From contig JAZKFH010000039.1 in assembly GCA_040386535.1 (NCBI GenBank), positions 32,001 to 96,000 of the forward strand: a stretch of DNA of 64,000 nucleotides, in the 5' to 3' direction. The position numbers and the translations under genes are program-made. The notes below the pieces were generated by a model. The model did no database searches. It saw nothing but the letters and a program-made list of their open reading frames with translations, and had not been told where the DNA came from. Positions 45,819 to 56,869 of this stretch are shown here, in pieces (position 1 is the stretch's first letter; the number at the start of each line of letters is the position of its first letter). The stretch is from Myxococcota bacterium. GTDB lineage: Bacteria > Myxococcota_A > UBA796 > SXON01.

Positions 45819-46762
45819 TTGGCTGCTCCCCGCACGTCCACCGTGAACTTCATCTCGTTCTTGTTCTTGAGCGCGCCCAGGAGCGCGGTGTAGGGGTCGA
45901 ACCCGAAGTCCGTGGCCTTGGCGTTGAACGTGCCGGAGGCGGTCAGGGTGTTGCCATCCCCGGAGAGCTTCATCGTCGAGGACACGGCCTTGGGGACGCC
46001 GTGAATCGTGAGGGTGCCGGTGACCTTCACCTTGTCGCCCGCGGCCTCGCACCGGGTGGAGACGAAGGTGATGCTGCCGAATCGTTTGGCGTCGAGCTGG
46101 CCGGCCGCGAGCATGTTCCCCTTGACCTCTTCGCGCTGGCTCGGCTCCAACATCACGTCGTAGCCGACGCGCTTGCGCATCGCCTCGTCGTCGGGGCGCA
46201 GGCCGGACACCGGCACGGTGATGTCGACCTTGCAGGCCGCGGGCGACGCGGGATCCCACCGCACGGTGCCCGACCACCCGGTGGCGGTCACCACGTGGTC
46301 GTGGGAGAGGCCGGACGCCAGGGTGCCGCTGTCCTTGAACACCTGCACGTAGAGGGCGCTCTTGCCCGGATCCAACGTGTAGTCCGCGACCGTGGCGACC
46401 GGCGCGGCGGCAGCTTCGGGCGCGACCGGGGCTGCCGCCGTCGCTGTGGCCGGCGTTGGAGCCGGCTCGGTGGGGGTGGACGCCTTGGACGTCGGCGTGA
46501 TCTTGGGGGCGGCCGGCTCGGGGCTGGCCGGCGTGTTGGATGGCGGCGCGACCGGAGTGGGCTCGGTCGCCACGCCAGTTGCCACGGCGGGCTCGGGTGC
46601 CACGCCGGGTGCCACGGTGCTCGGGGCGGCTTCAGTGGGCGCGGGGGCGACCGCCACCGGATCCGCCGCGGGCGTGGCCGCGGTCGGCGCTTCGGCCGCA
46701 CATCCCGCCACGAGGAGCAGCGCCAGGACGGATTGGAAGGGGAGCAGGCGGACGTGCATCAC
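45815..46762 (-). CDS. YceI-family lipoprotein with long Pro/Ala/Thr linker
   Basis: Lipobox VAGC; YTLDP, LSHDH, LDA..F..ITF, GTLTIHGV. Confidence 0.85.
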   Translation of the reverse strand: MMHVRLLPFQSVLALLLVAGCAAEAPTAATPAADPVAVAPAPTEAAPSTVAPGVAPEPAVATGVATEPTPVAPPSNTPASPEPAAPKITPTSKASTPTEPAPTPATATAAAPVAPEAAAAPVATVADYTLDPGKSALYVQVFKDSGTLASGLSHDHVVTATGWSGTVRWDPASPAACKVDITVPVSGLRPDDEAMRKRVGYDVMLEPSQREEVKGNMLAAGQLDAKRFGSITFVSTRCEAAGDKVKVTGTLTIHGVPKAVSSTMKLSGDGNTLTASGTFNAKATDFGFDPYTALLGALKNKNEMKFTVDVRGAAK

Positions 46763-46918
46763 GCACCTCGGACGGTGAATCGTTGGTGTACCACTGGCCC
46801 AGAGACGCGGAAGCGGCGTTCGGCCTTCATGACCTCTTCCGTATCGAGCGGACGCGGGTAGGCCAGTTCAAACCGTATCCGGGTCCGGGAACACGGCCGG
46901 GTGCAGGTCGGCGCGCCG

Positions 46919-48319
<1,401 letters not shown>

Positions 48320-48483
48320 GGGGCGGAAGGTAGCACGGGCACGGGGTGCACGCGCCGCCTCGCCGCGGCGCCATCGCGGCCTGCACGGATCCCGCCCCGC
48401 GTGCTTCTTCGAGTCCCGTCATGCGGACAGCGTGAAGACGGGGATAGGCTTGCGCGTCTCGTCTGCAACGCCTCAGGAGGCAC

Positions 48484-48996
48484 ATGCGCGCGCTCTGGCT
48501 CCGTCTCGCTCTACTCGCGACCGTCGTTCTCGCCGTCCCCGTTGTCGCCGACGCGGCGGGGAAGCCCGCTCCCGACTTCTCCCTGCGGGATCTGACCAAC
48601 CAGGCGCAGACCCTGTCGCAGCACAAGGGCAAGGTTGTCCTGGTCAACTTCTGGGCCACCTGGTGCGGCCCCTGCCAGGTCGAGATGCCCCATCTCCAGG
48701 CCATGTCGAAGGAGCTCGGGCCCAAGGGCCTCGTGGTCCTCGGGATCTCGGCGGACGCGGCGCGTGACGCATCGAAGGTCAAGCCGCTCGTCGTGAGCAA
48801 GGGCCTGACCTACTCCATCCTGCTCGACCCGCAGACCACCGTGGTCGCCCAGTACAACCCGACCAAGACCCTGCCGTTCAACGTCCTGATCGACCGGATG
48901 GGCAACATCGAGCAGGTGTTCAGCGGCTACAACCCGGGTGACGAAGTGACGCTCCGGGCCGCCGTGGAGAAGCTCCTCGCCGTGCCCGCCCCGTGA
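48484..48996 (+). CDS. TlpA-family thiol-disulfide oxidoreductase
   Basis: APDFSL, NFWATWCGPC; AGGAGG RBS. Confidence 0.92.
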   Translation: MRALWLRLALLATVVLAVPVVADAAGKPAPDFSLRDLTNQAQTLSQHKGKVVLVNFWATWCGPCQVEMPHLQAMSKELGPKGLVVLGISADAARDASKVKPLVVSKGLTYSILLDPQTTVVAQYNPTKTLPFNVLIDRMGNIEQVFSGYNPGDEVTLRAAVEKLLAVPAP

Positions 48997-50759
48997 TCCT
49001 GGCGATCCTGGCGGGCCTCGCGCGCGCCGACGAACCGGCCCCGGCCGCGGTCCCTTCGCCCCCCGATCCACTTCCGGTCGCGACCGTGGCGGCGCCCCCC
49101 GAGAAGACGCCCGCGCTGGGCATCCTCTCCGGCATCCACGGGTCCGAGGACCTGCGGATCCGCTACTCCCACGTACCGGAGAAGCTGGAGAACTTCGAGG
49201 ACCGCAACATCCTCGACTACGTCGAGGTCGTGAACCGGCTCGACCTGTCCGGCGGCACGCCGAACGTCGGGGTCGGCGCCCGCGTGGACGGCGTGGGCCT
49301 GTTCGCCAACCGCTACATCCTCGACGGTACGCTCCACCACGAGCGGGATCTGCTGGGCCAAGGCCTCGCATCCCCCTTCCAGGACGCGTTCTTCGATCTG
49401 GAGAAGGTGTGGGTCGAGGCGCGTGGCCCCACCGCCACGCTCACCCTGGGAGACGCCTACCTCTCCTTCGGCCGCGGCATGGCACTCAACGTGGTCAAGA
49501 ACACGGACATCGACGTCGACACGTCCCTGCGCGGCGCGCGCGGCGTGGTGCACGCCGGGCCGTGGGACCTCACCGTCGCAACCGGGCTCACCAACCCGCA
49601 GCAGGTGGCGCTCGAGAACCCCAACATCGCGCTCCAGCCCGACGTTGCCCACGCGGTGAGCGGCGTCCGCATCGACCGCTACGGCCTGGGCCCGGTGAAC
49701 CTCGGCGCGCACGGCATCCTGTTCCAGTACTCGCGCGGCTACAAGCCGGGGCAGGACGGCTGGCGCGCCTACGGCCAGCCGATCGACGCCTGGGCGGCGG
49801 GCGGGAGCGTGGAGGCCCTCGGGGTCAAGGGGATCGACCTGTACGTCGAGGGCAACGCCTTCGGCTACGAGGCCGTGGAGATCCCGGTGAAGGGCGGGTA
49901 CGCGCTGTACGCCAGCGCCGCGGCCTACCCGGGGCGCGCGTCGATCCTCGTGGAGGCCCGGCGCAACAAGGACACGGAGTGGATCAACACCTTCTCCGAC
50001 AACTACGAGCTCGTGAGCGGGCCCACCCTGGAGTACGAGCGCGTCGTCACCGAGGACAGCTCGGCGGCGGTCAACTCGAACGACATGACCGGCGGCCGCG
50101 CCCGGATCGACCTGCGCTTCGGTAATGCCGAGCGGCACGTCACCCTGGTCCCCTACGCCAGCCTCGCGGTGTTCCGCGACGAGGATCTCGGCGGCCTGCA
50201 CTTCAACCGGGCCCCGGAGACCATCCTGCACCCCATGGTCGGCGTGCAGTACATCAACGGCGACCTTCACGTGCTCGCCAACGGCGGCCAGCGGGTGGAC
50301 GTGCGTGACCCGGGTGACGACGGCCTCGCGCTCGGCGCCGACCGCCTCCTGCACGCGGACGTCGACATCTCCGTGCCGCTCGGTGGCAAGCTCTCCCTCG
50401 AGCTGGCGCCCGCGCTGATGCGCTACCAGTGGGGCGTCAACCCCCAGCAGCAGACCGACTTCACCGACTTCTCCAACGCGCTCGCCGTCAAGGTGGGCGC
50501 GCCGTGGGCGTTCATCCTCTACACCGACTACTCCGACAACCCGCTCATCAGCAGCACGGGCAACCTCGCGGGCACGGTGTTCGGAGAAGCGGGAGACTCG
50601 CTCTACGCCGCGGTCGAGGCCCAGTGGATGCCGAACAGCTCCACGACGCTCAAGGCCTTCTACGGCGCGTACCGCGCGGGCATCCGCTGCGCGGGCGGCC
50701 AGTGTCGCAACCTGCCGGGGTTCGAGGGCGCCAAGGTGTCGCTCACCACGACGTTCTGA
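48993..50759 (+). CDS. Outer-membrane beta-barrel protein, DUF6029-like
   Basis: GDAY..FGRG, DVDTSLRG, C-terminal GIRCAGGQCRNLPGFEG...TTF; coupled to tlpA. Confidence 0.65.
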   Translation: MILAILAGLARADEPAPAAVPSPPDPLPVATVAAPPEKTPALGILSGIHGSEDLRIRYSHVPEKLENFEDRNILDYVEVVNRLDLSGGTPNVGVGARVDGVGLFANRYILDGTLHHERDLLGQGLASPFQDAFFDLEKVWVEARGPTATLTLGDAYLSFGRGMALNVVKNTDIDVDTSLRGARGVVHAGPWDLTVATGLTNPQQVALENPNIALQPDVAHAVSGVRIDRYGLGPVNLGAHGILFQYSRGYKPGQDGWRAYGQPIDAWAAGGSVEALGVKGIDLYVEGNAFGYEAVEIPVKGGYALYASAAAYPGRASILVEARRNKDTEWINTFSDNYELVSGPTLEYERVVTEDSSAAVNSNDMTGGRARIDLRFGNAERHVTLVPYASLAVFRDEDLGGLHFNRAPETILHPMVGVQYINGDLHVLANGGQRVDVRDPGDDGLALGADRLLHADVDISVPLGGKLSLELAPALMRYQWGVNPQQQTDFTDFSNALAVKVGAPWAFILYTDYSDNPLISSTGNLAGTVFGEAGDSLYAAVEAQWMPNSSTTLKAFYGAYRAGIRCAGGQCRNLPGFEGAKVSLTTTF

Positions 50760-50786
50760 AGCGGACCCCGCGTTAACGTCGCTCCC

Positions 50787-51617
50787 CTACCGGAACGTGG
50801 AGGGCGGCAGCCGTGCGAACTCGGCGGCGTCCACCCCCGCGAGGGGCAGGCGGCTGCCGAGCCCCAGGGCCCGCTTGAGCGCCGCGACGCCGCCGGCACG
50901 CTCGACCGCGGCGGCGCGGCGGACGACGGCGTCGAACAGCTCCTCGTCGCCGGGGAGCGCCTCGTGGCCCCAGGCGCGGCGGACGAGATCGGGCCACGCG
51001 TTGGCGAGGCGGGACACGCCGCCGGCAAGGCCGGGCGTGAGGGCGAGCGCGTGGAGCTCGGACGCGTTGAGCCCCTCGTCGAGCGCGGCCCACACGTGGC
51101 CCGGCCAGGCGGCCACCACGCGGCGGAGCCGGTGCAGATCCCCCGATGCGTCGAGCACGCCCGCGACCTTGGTCTCCGTGGCGAGCCGCGCGAGCAGGCG
51201 CGGCGTCAACGCGTTGCCGAAGCGCGGGTGGTGCCACGCGTACAAGGGCACGGCGAGGTGCTGGGCCACGGACCGGAACCAGTCCAGCAGGGCCTCTTCG
51301 GGGACGGCGAGGAGCAGCGGCGGGGGCAAGAGGACGCCGGCGACGCCCCGCTCGGCGGCGAGGCGGCCGAGCTTGAGCACGTAGGCGGGGGAGGGGTCCC
51401 AGATCGGGAACAGGAGCGTGGTCTCGCCGGCCACATCGGCCACGACCTCGAGGATGCGCTCCTTCTCCTTGCGGTCGACGTGGAGGAACTCGGCCCCGCC
51501 CGGCACCAGCCCGTCGACGCCCTGCGCGCAGAGCCAGAGCGTGTGCGCGCGGATCGCGCCGAGGTCCACGTGGCCGTCGGGCGCGAAGGGAAGGATGGTG
51601 TCCACCAGCAGAGGCAC
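50787..51617 (-). CDS. Degenerate DapA-like (class I aldolase fold) protein
   Basis: PF..DG.VD, GVDGL, LLPPP, VAGVLDASGD, LKRAL, RLPL; Schiff-base Lys absent. Confidence 0.75.
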   Translation of the reverse strand: MPLLVDTILPFAPDGHVDLGAIRAHTLWLCAQGVDGLVPGGAEFLHVDRKEKERILEVVADVAGETTLLFPIWDPSPAYVLKLGRLAAERGVAGVLLPPPLLLAVPEEALLDWFRSVAQHLAVPLYAWHHPRFGNALTPRLLARLATETKVAGVLDASGDLHRLRRVVAAWPGHVWAALDEGLNASELHALALTPGLAGGVSRLANAWPDLVRRAWGHEALPGDEELFDAVVRRAAAVERAGGVAALKRALGLGSRLPLAGVDAAEFARLPPSTFR

Positions 51618-51722
51618 GGATGAATCCACCAGGTTCGGGTGTCTCGGGGCGTATGGCCCCGTTTCGGGTGATGCTGGGGTGACGTGGAGTGAGGCTCGGC
51701 GACGCTCTGGGTCACACTTCGA

Positions 51723-51751
51723 TTGACACGAGCCTGCGTCCCTACCATCAT
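51723..51751 (+). promoter_or_regulatory. Putative sigma70 promoter
   Basis: TTGACA-17 nt-CATCAT upstream of gene at 51790. Confidence 0.45.
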
Positions 51752-51789
51752 CCGCGTCCGTCGTCTCCTCCTCTCTGGAGTCCAATCTG

Positions 51790-52722
51790 ATGCTTTTCGG
51801 CCTCGTCGCTACGCTCCTCTCCACCGGCCTCGTCGCACCCGCTGACGCCGCCGTGGTCAAGCCCACCACCTGGACCGCGTCGTCCTCGGCGCCCGGGTCC
51901 GACGGCGTCAGCTACGACATCGCCAACGTCACGGACGCTCGCCAGTCCTCCCCCTGGGTCGAAGGGGACGAGGGGAGCGGGCTCGGCTCGTGGGTCATGG
52001 CCGACTTCGGCGGCGAGAAGACGCTCACCGGCTTCACCGTGTGGGCCGGCGTCTGGTACACGCTCGAGTACTGGAACCGGTACAACCGGCCGAAGCTCAT
52101 GGTCGTGGAGTTCTCCGACGGTACGTCGCAGGAGATCACCCTGACCGACGAGTTCAAGCCCCAGACCATCACCTTCGCCTCGCCCAAGAAGACGAGCTCC
52201 GTGAAGCTCAAGGTCAAGGGCATCTACGCGGGCAACACGTTCAACGACACCGGGGTCTCCGAGGTCGTGTTCCACGACAGCGGCGCCGCGCTCCACCTGC
52301 CGATCAAGAGCTACAAGGTCTCGTCCACCTTTCCGGCCGACGGCGACGGAAACTACGAGCCCGTCAACACCGCCGACGGCATCCTCGACTCGATGTGGTG
52401 CGAGGGCAACAAGACCGGTGACGGCCTGAACGAGTGGTTCGAGGTCGAGCTCGGCGGCAGCCAGAGCGTGTCCAAGCTGGTGCTGCGCAACGGCAACGCG
52501 TACTCGTTCGGCTACTTCATGAAGAGCAACCGGGCGACCACGGCGAGCCTGACCTTCTCCGACGGCAGCACCGAGGCCATCACGCTCAAGGACAGCATCA
52601 GCGAGCAGACGATCTCCTTCCCGGCGCACACGACCAGCAAGGTCCGGATCACCGTCACCGGCGTGAAGAAGGGATCCGAATTCAACGATCTGTGCATCTC
52701 CGAGGCGTACCTGCTGCCGTAG
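51790..52722 (+). CDS. Secreted protein with two discoidin/NADase-type glycan-binding domains
   Basis: Duplicated unit: ASS/VSS, W.EG..G.G...W, NR, FSDGS, VKL/VRI, FND...SE. Confidence 0.75.
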   Translation: MLFGLVATLLSTGLVAPADAAVVKPTTWTASSSAPGSDGVSYDIANVTDARQSSPWVEGDEGSGLGSWVMADFGGEKTLTGFTVWAGVWYTLEYWNRYNRPKLMVVEFSDGTSQEITLTDEFKPQTITFASPKKTSSVKLKVKGIYAGNTFNDTGVSEVVFHDSGAALHLPIKSYKVSSTFPADGDGNYEPVNTADGILDSMWCEGNKTGDGLNEWFEVELGGSQSVSKLVLRNGNAYSFGYFMKSNRATTASLTFSDGSTEAITLKDSISEQTISFPAHTTSKVRITVTGVKKGSEFNDLCISEAYLLP

Positions 52723-52763
52723 TCCGGCTCAGGGTCTGCTACGCTTGCCGTGTTGAGGTGTCC

Positions 52764-53798
52764 GTGCGTGCTCTCCTCCCGCTTCTGCTCCTCGTCGGCT
52801 GCAGCGACAACGAATTCACGCGCGCGTCCAAGACGGACGAGTTCCAGCAGGCCCCGTCGAACCTCGTCGACATCCTCTGGGTCATCGACAACTCGGTCTC
52901 GATGATCAACGAGCAGGCGGCGGTGGCCCTCGGCGCCGAGGACTTCACCGCCAACCTCGAGAGCACGGCGATGGACTTTCACCTGGGGGTCATCACCACG
53001 GACGTCGACCGCACGAACGGCACCGCCGGTGTGCTCCTCGGCGAGCCGAAGGTGCTCTCGGTCGACACGCCGGGCTACGCCGACGCCTTCCGCACCCGCG
53101 TCCAGCAGGGCAACAGCGGCTCCGACCAGGAGAAGGGCCTCCAGGCGGCCGTCTCCGCGCTCTCGTCGCCGCTCGCGTACACCGTGAACGACGGCTTCCT
53201 GCGCGACGGTGCGATGCTCTCCATCGTCGTGCTCTCCGACGAGAACGACTGCTCGGACAACGGCGCGCTCGGCCAGGCCTCCACGGGCGAGGACTGCTAC
53301 ACCCGCGCCTCCGAGCTCACGCCCGTGACCGATCTCGTGCGCCAGCTCGTCGATCTGAAGGACGGCGATCCGGTCGTCATCTCCGGGATCGTCGGGCCCG
53401 ACATCGTCGACGACTGCGAGGCCACCGTGCCCGGCCGCCGCTACTTCACCGCCATCGAGCTCCTCGGCGGCGTGAAGGCCGACATCTGCCAGACCGACTA
53501 CTCCACCATCATGAACGCCCTGGGCGAGGTCGCCTCGGGCATCCTGACAGTGTTCCAGCTCTCGAAGTCCGCCATCGAGGAGAGCATCGAGGTCGAGATG
53601 CGTCTGAGCGAGGACGCCGAGCCCACGATCGTCCCGCCGAGCGAGATCGACGGCTGGACCTACATCGCCGAGTACGCGCAGATCGAGTTCCACGGCACCG
53701 CCATCCCGCCGCGCGGCGCCCTGCTCGAGGTCAGCTACGACGTGGCGGGGCAGGTCGAAGAGCAGACCGAAGAAGCGACGGACTCGGGCAACCCGTAG
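52764..53798 (+). CDS. vWA-like lipoprotein (myxobacterial type)
   Basis: Lipobox LVGC; DILWVIDNSVSM MIDAS-like motif, GVITTD, EKGL, FLR, LSDENDCS. Confidence 0.75.
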   Translation: MRALLPLLLLVGCSDNEFTRASKTDEFQQAPSNLVDILWVIDNSVSMINEQAAVALGAEDFTANLESTAMDFHLGVITTDVDRTNGTAGVLLGEPKVLSVDTPGYADAFRTRVQQGNSGSDQEKGLQAAVSALSSPLAYTVNDGFLRDGAMLSIVVLSDENDCSDNGALGQASTGEDCYTRASELTPVTDLVRQLVDLKDGDPVVISGIVGPDIVDDCEATVPGRRYFTAIELLGGVKADICQTDYSTIMNALGEVASGILTVFQLSKSAIEESIEVEMRLSEDAEPTIVPPSEIDGWTYIAEYAQIEFHGTAIPPRGALLEVSYDVAGQVEEQTEEATDSGNP

Positions 53799-53887
53799 GC
53801 CGTTCGGGGAGATGTGGACGGGGTCCGCCGCGTAGTTCTGCACGCCGACGCGTGCGGGCCGACAGGCCACCCGCTACGCTGTGAGGG

Positions 53888-54646
53888 ATGTCGGATACCC
53901 GCGATCGCCCCGAGACGCGCATCGTGCAAGACCGGTTCGAGGACTGCATCTACCGGCCCGGCCAGGTCGCGCGGTGCCCCGCTCGCGTCCCGACGGTTCC
54001 GCTCTCGCCCGAGCAGCTCGACCTGCTCCTGGAGGAGGGGGACCAGCGGGTCGGCGGCACCGTGTTCCGCACGGAGTGCCCGTTCTGCTCGGCCTGCGAG
54101 CCCGTGCGCATCGACATCCCCGCGTTCACGCCGTCGCGTGCCCAGCGCCGCGTGATGCGGCGCAACGAGGATCTGACGGTCGAGCTCGGGCCCCCGACGT
54201 TGTCGCGCCGCCGGGTGTCGCTCTGGAACCGGCACCGGCGCGCCCGGGGCCTGTTGACCGAACACTCCCGCAAGGACCCGATCGGCTACCAGGAGTGGCT
54301 GGTGGAGTCGTGCGCCCCGACCACCGAGGTGCGCTACTCGCTCGACGGGCGGCTCGTGGCGGTGAGCCTGCTCGATCTCGGGCTGACCTCCGCCAACAGC
54401 GCCTACCACTTCTTCGATCCGTCGCACGCCGCGCGCTCGCTCGGCGTGTACTCGGTGCTCCACGAGATCGAGGTGTGCCGCGCGCGCGGGATGCGCTGGT
54501 ACTACCTGGGCCTCTGGGTCGAGGATTGCGCGGCGCTGCGGTACAAGTCGGGGTACCATCCCCACGAGCGGTTCGTGCGGGGTCGGTGGGTGCCCGCGCC
54601 GCGGCCCATCGAGCCCACCGAGCCCACCCAGCCCCCCGAGCCGTAG
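53888..54646 (+). CDS. ate: Arginyl-tRNA-protein transferase family (Ate/Bpt)
   Basis: CIY.P, FRTECPFCSAC.PVR, SRAQRR..RRN, SAYHFFDP, SLG, YYLGLW, YKSGY.PHE. Confidence 0.88.
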   Translation: MSDTRDRPETRIVQDRFEDCIYRPGQVARCPARVPTVPLSPEQLDLLLEEGDQRVGGTVFRTECPFCSACEPVRIDIPAFTPSRAQRRVMRRNEDLTVELGPPTLSRRRVSLWNRHRRARGLLTEHSRKDPIGYQEWLVESCAPTTEVRYSLDGRLVAVSLLDLGLTSANSAYHFFDPSHAARSLGVYSVLHEIEVCRARGMRWYYLGLWVEDCAALRYKSGYHPHERFVRGRWVPAPRPIEPTEPTQPPEP

Positions 54647-54690
54647 TCTCCGACGAAGCGGGCCCGGGCCGGCCCCCGCGAAGAGGTTGC

Positions 54691-55704
54691 ATGTCCCGCG
54701 TCGTTCTCCCCGTCGTCGCCTCGCTCCTCCTCGCCGCGTGCACCGACAAGGACGTGGATACGGGCGACACGCCCGCCGAGGCGTGGACCCTCGTCGCGGT
54801 CGATCAGCCCGCCGCCTTCTTGAGCGTGACCGGCACCGCGGCGGACGACGTGTGGGTGGTGGGCGCCGACGCCGGCGAGGGCCCGGCGGCGTTGCATTAC
54901 GACGGCGCGGGGTGGAACGTCCTCGACACCGGCACTCAGGGCGACCTGTGGTGGGTGGCGACGACCGGCGCGACCTCGGACACGGTGTGGATGGCGGGGG
55001 CGGACGGGCGCGTGCTCCAGTACAGCCGCGCCACGGGCCAGGCGACCGAGCACGTGCTCGACCCCGCCATCACCGTGTTCGGGCTGTGGCCCGCCGCGGA
55101 GGACGACGTGTGGGCGGTCGGAGGCAACGTCGACACGGCGTCGGACGCCGGCCAGGTGTGGCACTGGGACGGCGCCACGTGGGCGCTCGCCACGATCCCG
55201 GCCGAGGCGTCCGCGGCCTTCGCGTTCTACAAGGTGTGGGGCCGCTCCTCGACGGATGTGTACGTGGTCGGCACGGGCGGCGTGGGCGTGCACTGGGACG
55301 GCGCGGCGTGGGCCTCGTTCGCGACGGGGACCACCCGGAACCTGTTCACCGTACACGGCACGGATGTCGCGGTCTGGGCGGTGGGCGGCTTCGGGAGCGG
55401 CACGGTGGTGACTGGGGCCGGCGGCGCCTGGGTTGACGAGACCCCCGCGCTCGCGCCGCAGCTCAACGGCGTGAACGCGAGCGGGCCGGTGCCGGTGGCG
55501 GTCGGCACCCAGGGCTCCGTGTATACGCGCGGTGCCGACGGTTGGGCCGCCGATCCGCGCGGCGCGGTCACGGCATACGACTTGCACGCCGTGTGGGGAG
55601 ATCCGGACGGCGGCCTCTGGACCGTCGGGGGGAAACTCTCCTCCTTCCCGCTCGATCACGGCGTCCTGGCGTATGGTGGCGCTGCCGAACTCCCCGCTCT
55701 CTGA
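54691..55704 (+). CDS. Beta-propeller repeat lipoprotein
   Basis: Lipobox LAAC; repeated VW.VG / HWDG..W units. Confidence 0.8.
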   Translation: MSRVVLPVVASLLLAACTDKDVDTGDTPAEAWTLVAVDQPAAFLSVTGTAADDVWVVGADAGEGPAALHYDGAGWNVLDTGTQGDLWWVATTGATSDTVWMAGADGRVLQYSRATGQATEHVLDPAITVFGLWPAAEDDVWAVGGNVDTASDAGQVWHWDGATWALATIPAEASAAFAFYKVWGRSSTDVYVVGTGGVGVHWDGAAWASFATGTTRNLFTVHGTDVAVWAVGGFGSGTVVTGAGGAWVDETPALAPQLNGVNASGPVPVAVGTQGSVYTRGADGWAADPRGAVTAYDLHAVWGDPDGGLWTVGGKLSSFPLDHGVLAYGGAAELPAL

Positions 55705-55715
55705 GAGGCCCCCCG

Positions 55716-56861
55716 ATGACGCTCCTCTTCCTCCTCGCCGCCTGCTCCGGCCCCGCCGACGACACGGGTGAGGTGACCCCCTGTGACGACGCCGTCGGCA
55801 ACATCTGCACCTGGGCGGGCAACGGTGACATCGGGTACGACGGCGGCGGCAACGACCGCCTCGCGTCGATGTTCTACTGGCCGATGGACGTCGAGTTCTC
55901 CCCCTACGGGAACCCCGTCATCGTCGACTGGAACAACCACAAGCTGCGGCTGGTGGAGGACGACGAGACGATCACCACGATCGTCGGCACCGACTTCATC
56001 GGGGACGGCCCGGACGACTTCTCCGATCTCGAGCTGCCGGGCGCCCCGGGGACCACCGTCCACCTGAACCACCCCACCGACGTGATCTACCTGCCCGACG
56101 GCACGCTACTGAACGCGTCGTGGCACACCCACAAGCTCCGCACGTGGGACCCGGCGACCGGCAACGTGCACGTGCACTGCGGGCTCACTCCCGGCTTCGT
56201 GGGCGAGAACTATTCGCCCGCGGCGGACGCGCGCTTCTCCATGCCGAAGGCGGTCGATCTCGACGCCGCCGGCAACGTCTACATCGTCGACATGAAGAAC
56301 CAACGCATCCGCGTGCTCACGCCCGAGTTCACGATCGCGACGGTCGCGGGCAACGGCACCAAGGGCTTCGCGGGGGACGGCGCGGCCGCGGCGGACGCGA
56401 ACTTCTCGTTCCCCACGGGCGCGCAACCCGAGCCGGGCGGCGCCATCGCGCTCGGCCCCGACGGCAACTTGTACGTGGCCGACACCGAGAACCACCGCAT
56501 CCGCAAGATCGACCTCGCCAGCGGGCTCGTCTCCACCATCGCGGGCAACGGCACGGCGGGCTTCGGGGGCGACGGCGGCCCCGCGGTCGACGCGATGCTC
56601 CAGCTCCCGCGTGACCTCGAGTTCGACACCGACGGCTCGTTGTGGGTGGCCGACACCGACAACCACGTGATCCGCCGCATCGATCTGACCGCCGGCACCA
56701 TCGACACCGTCGTCGGCACCGGCGTGAAGGGCTTCTCGGGAGACGGCGGGCCCGCGCTCGACGCCACGCTCGACCGCCCCTTCGGCATCGAGTTCGGCAA
56801 CGACGGCCACGTCTACGTCACCGACACCTACAACCACCGCGTCCGCGTCGTGTACCGGTAG
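55716..56861 (+). CDS. NHL-repeat lipoprotein
   Basis: LAAC lipobox; repeated AGNG..GF.GDGG.A and YVADT.NHRIR. Confidence 0.9.
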   Translation: MTLLFLLAACSGPADDTGEVTPCDDAVGNICTWAGNGDIGYDGGGNDRLASMFYWPMDVEFSPYGNPVIVDWNNHKLRLVEDDETITTIVGTDFIGDGPDDFSDLELPGAPGTTVHLNHPTDVIYLPDGTLLNASWHTHKLRTWDPATGNVHVHCGLTPGFVGENYSPAADARFSMPKAVDLDAAGNVYIVDMKNQRIRVLTPEFTIATVAGNGTKGFAGDGAAAADANFSFPTGAQPEPGGAIALGPDGNLYVADTENHRIRKIDLASGLVSTIAGNGTAGFGGDGGPAVDAMLQLPRDLEFDTDGSLWVADTDNHVIRRIDLTAGTIDTVVGTGVKGFSGDGGPALDATLDRPFGIEFGNDGHVYVTDTYNHRVRVVYR

Positions 56862-56869
56862 GAGTGAAC

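Noticed and set aside
48484..48996. Selenoprotein candidate near selC
   Set aside because: Active site is CGPC with two TGC codons; no in-frame TGA
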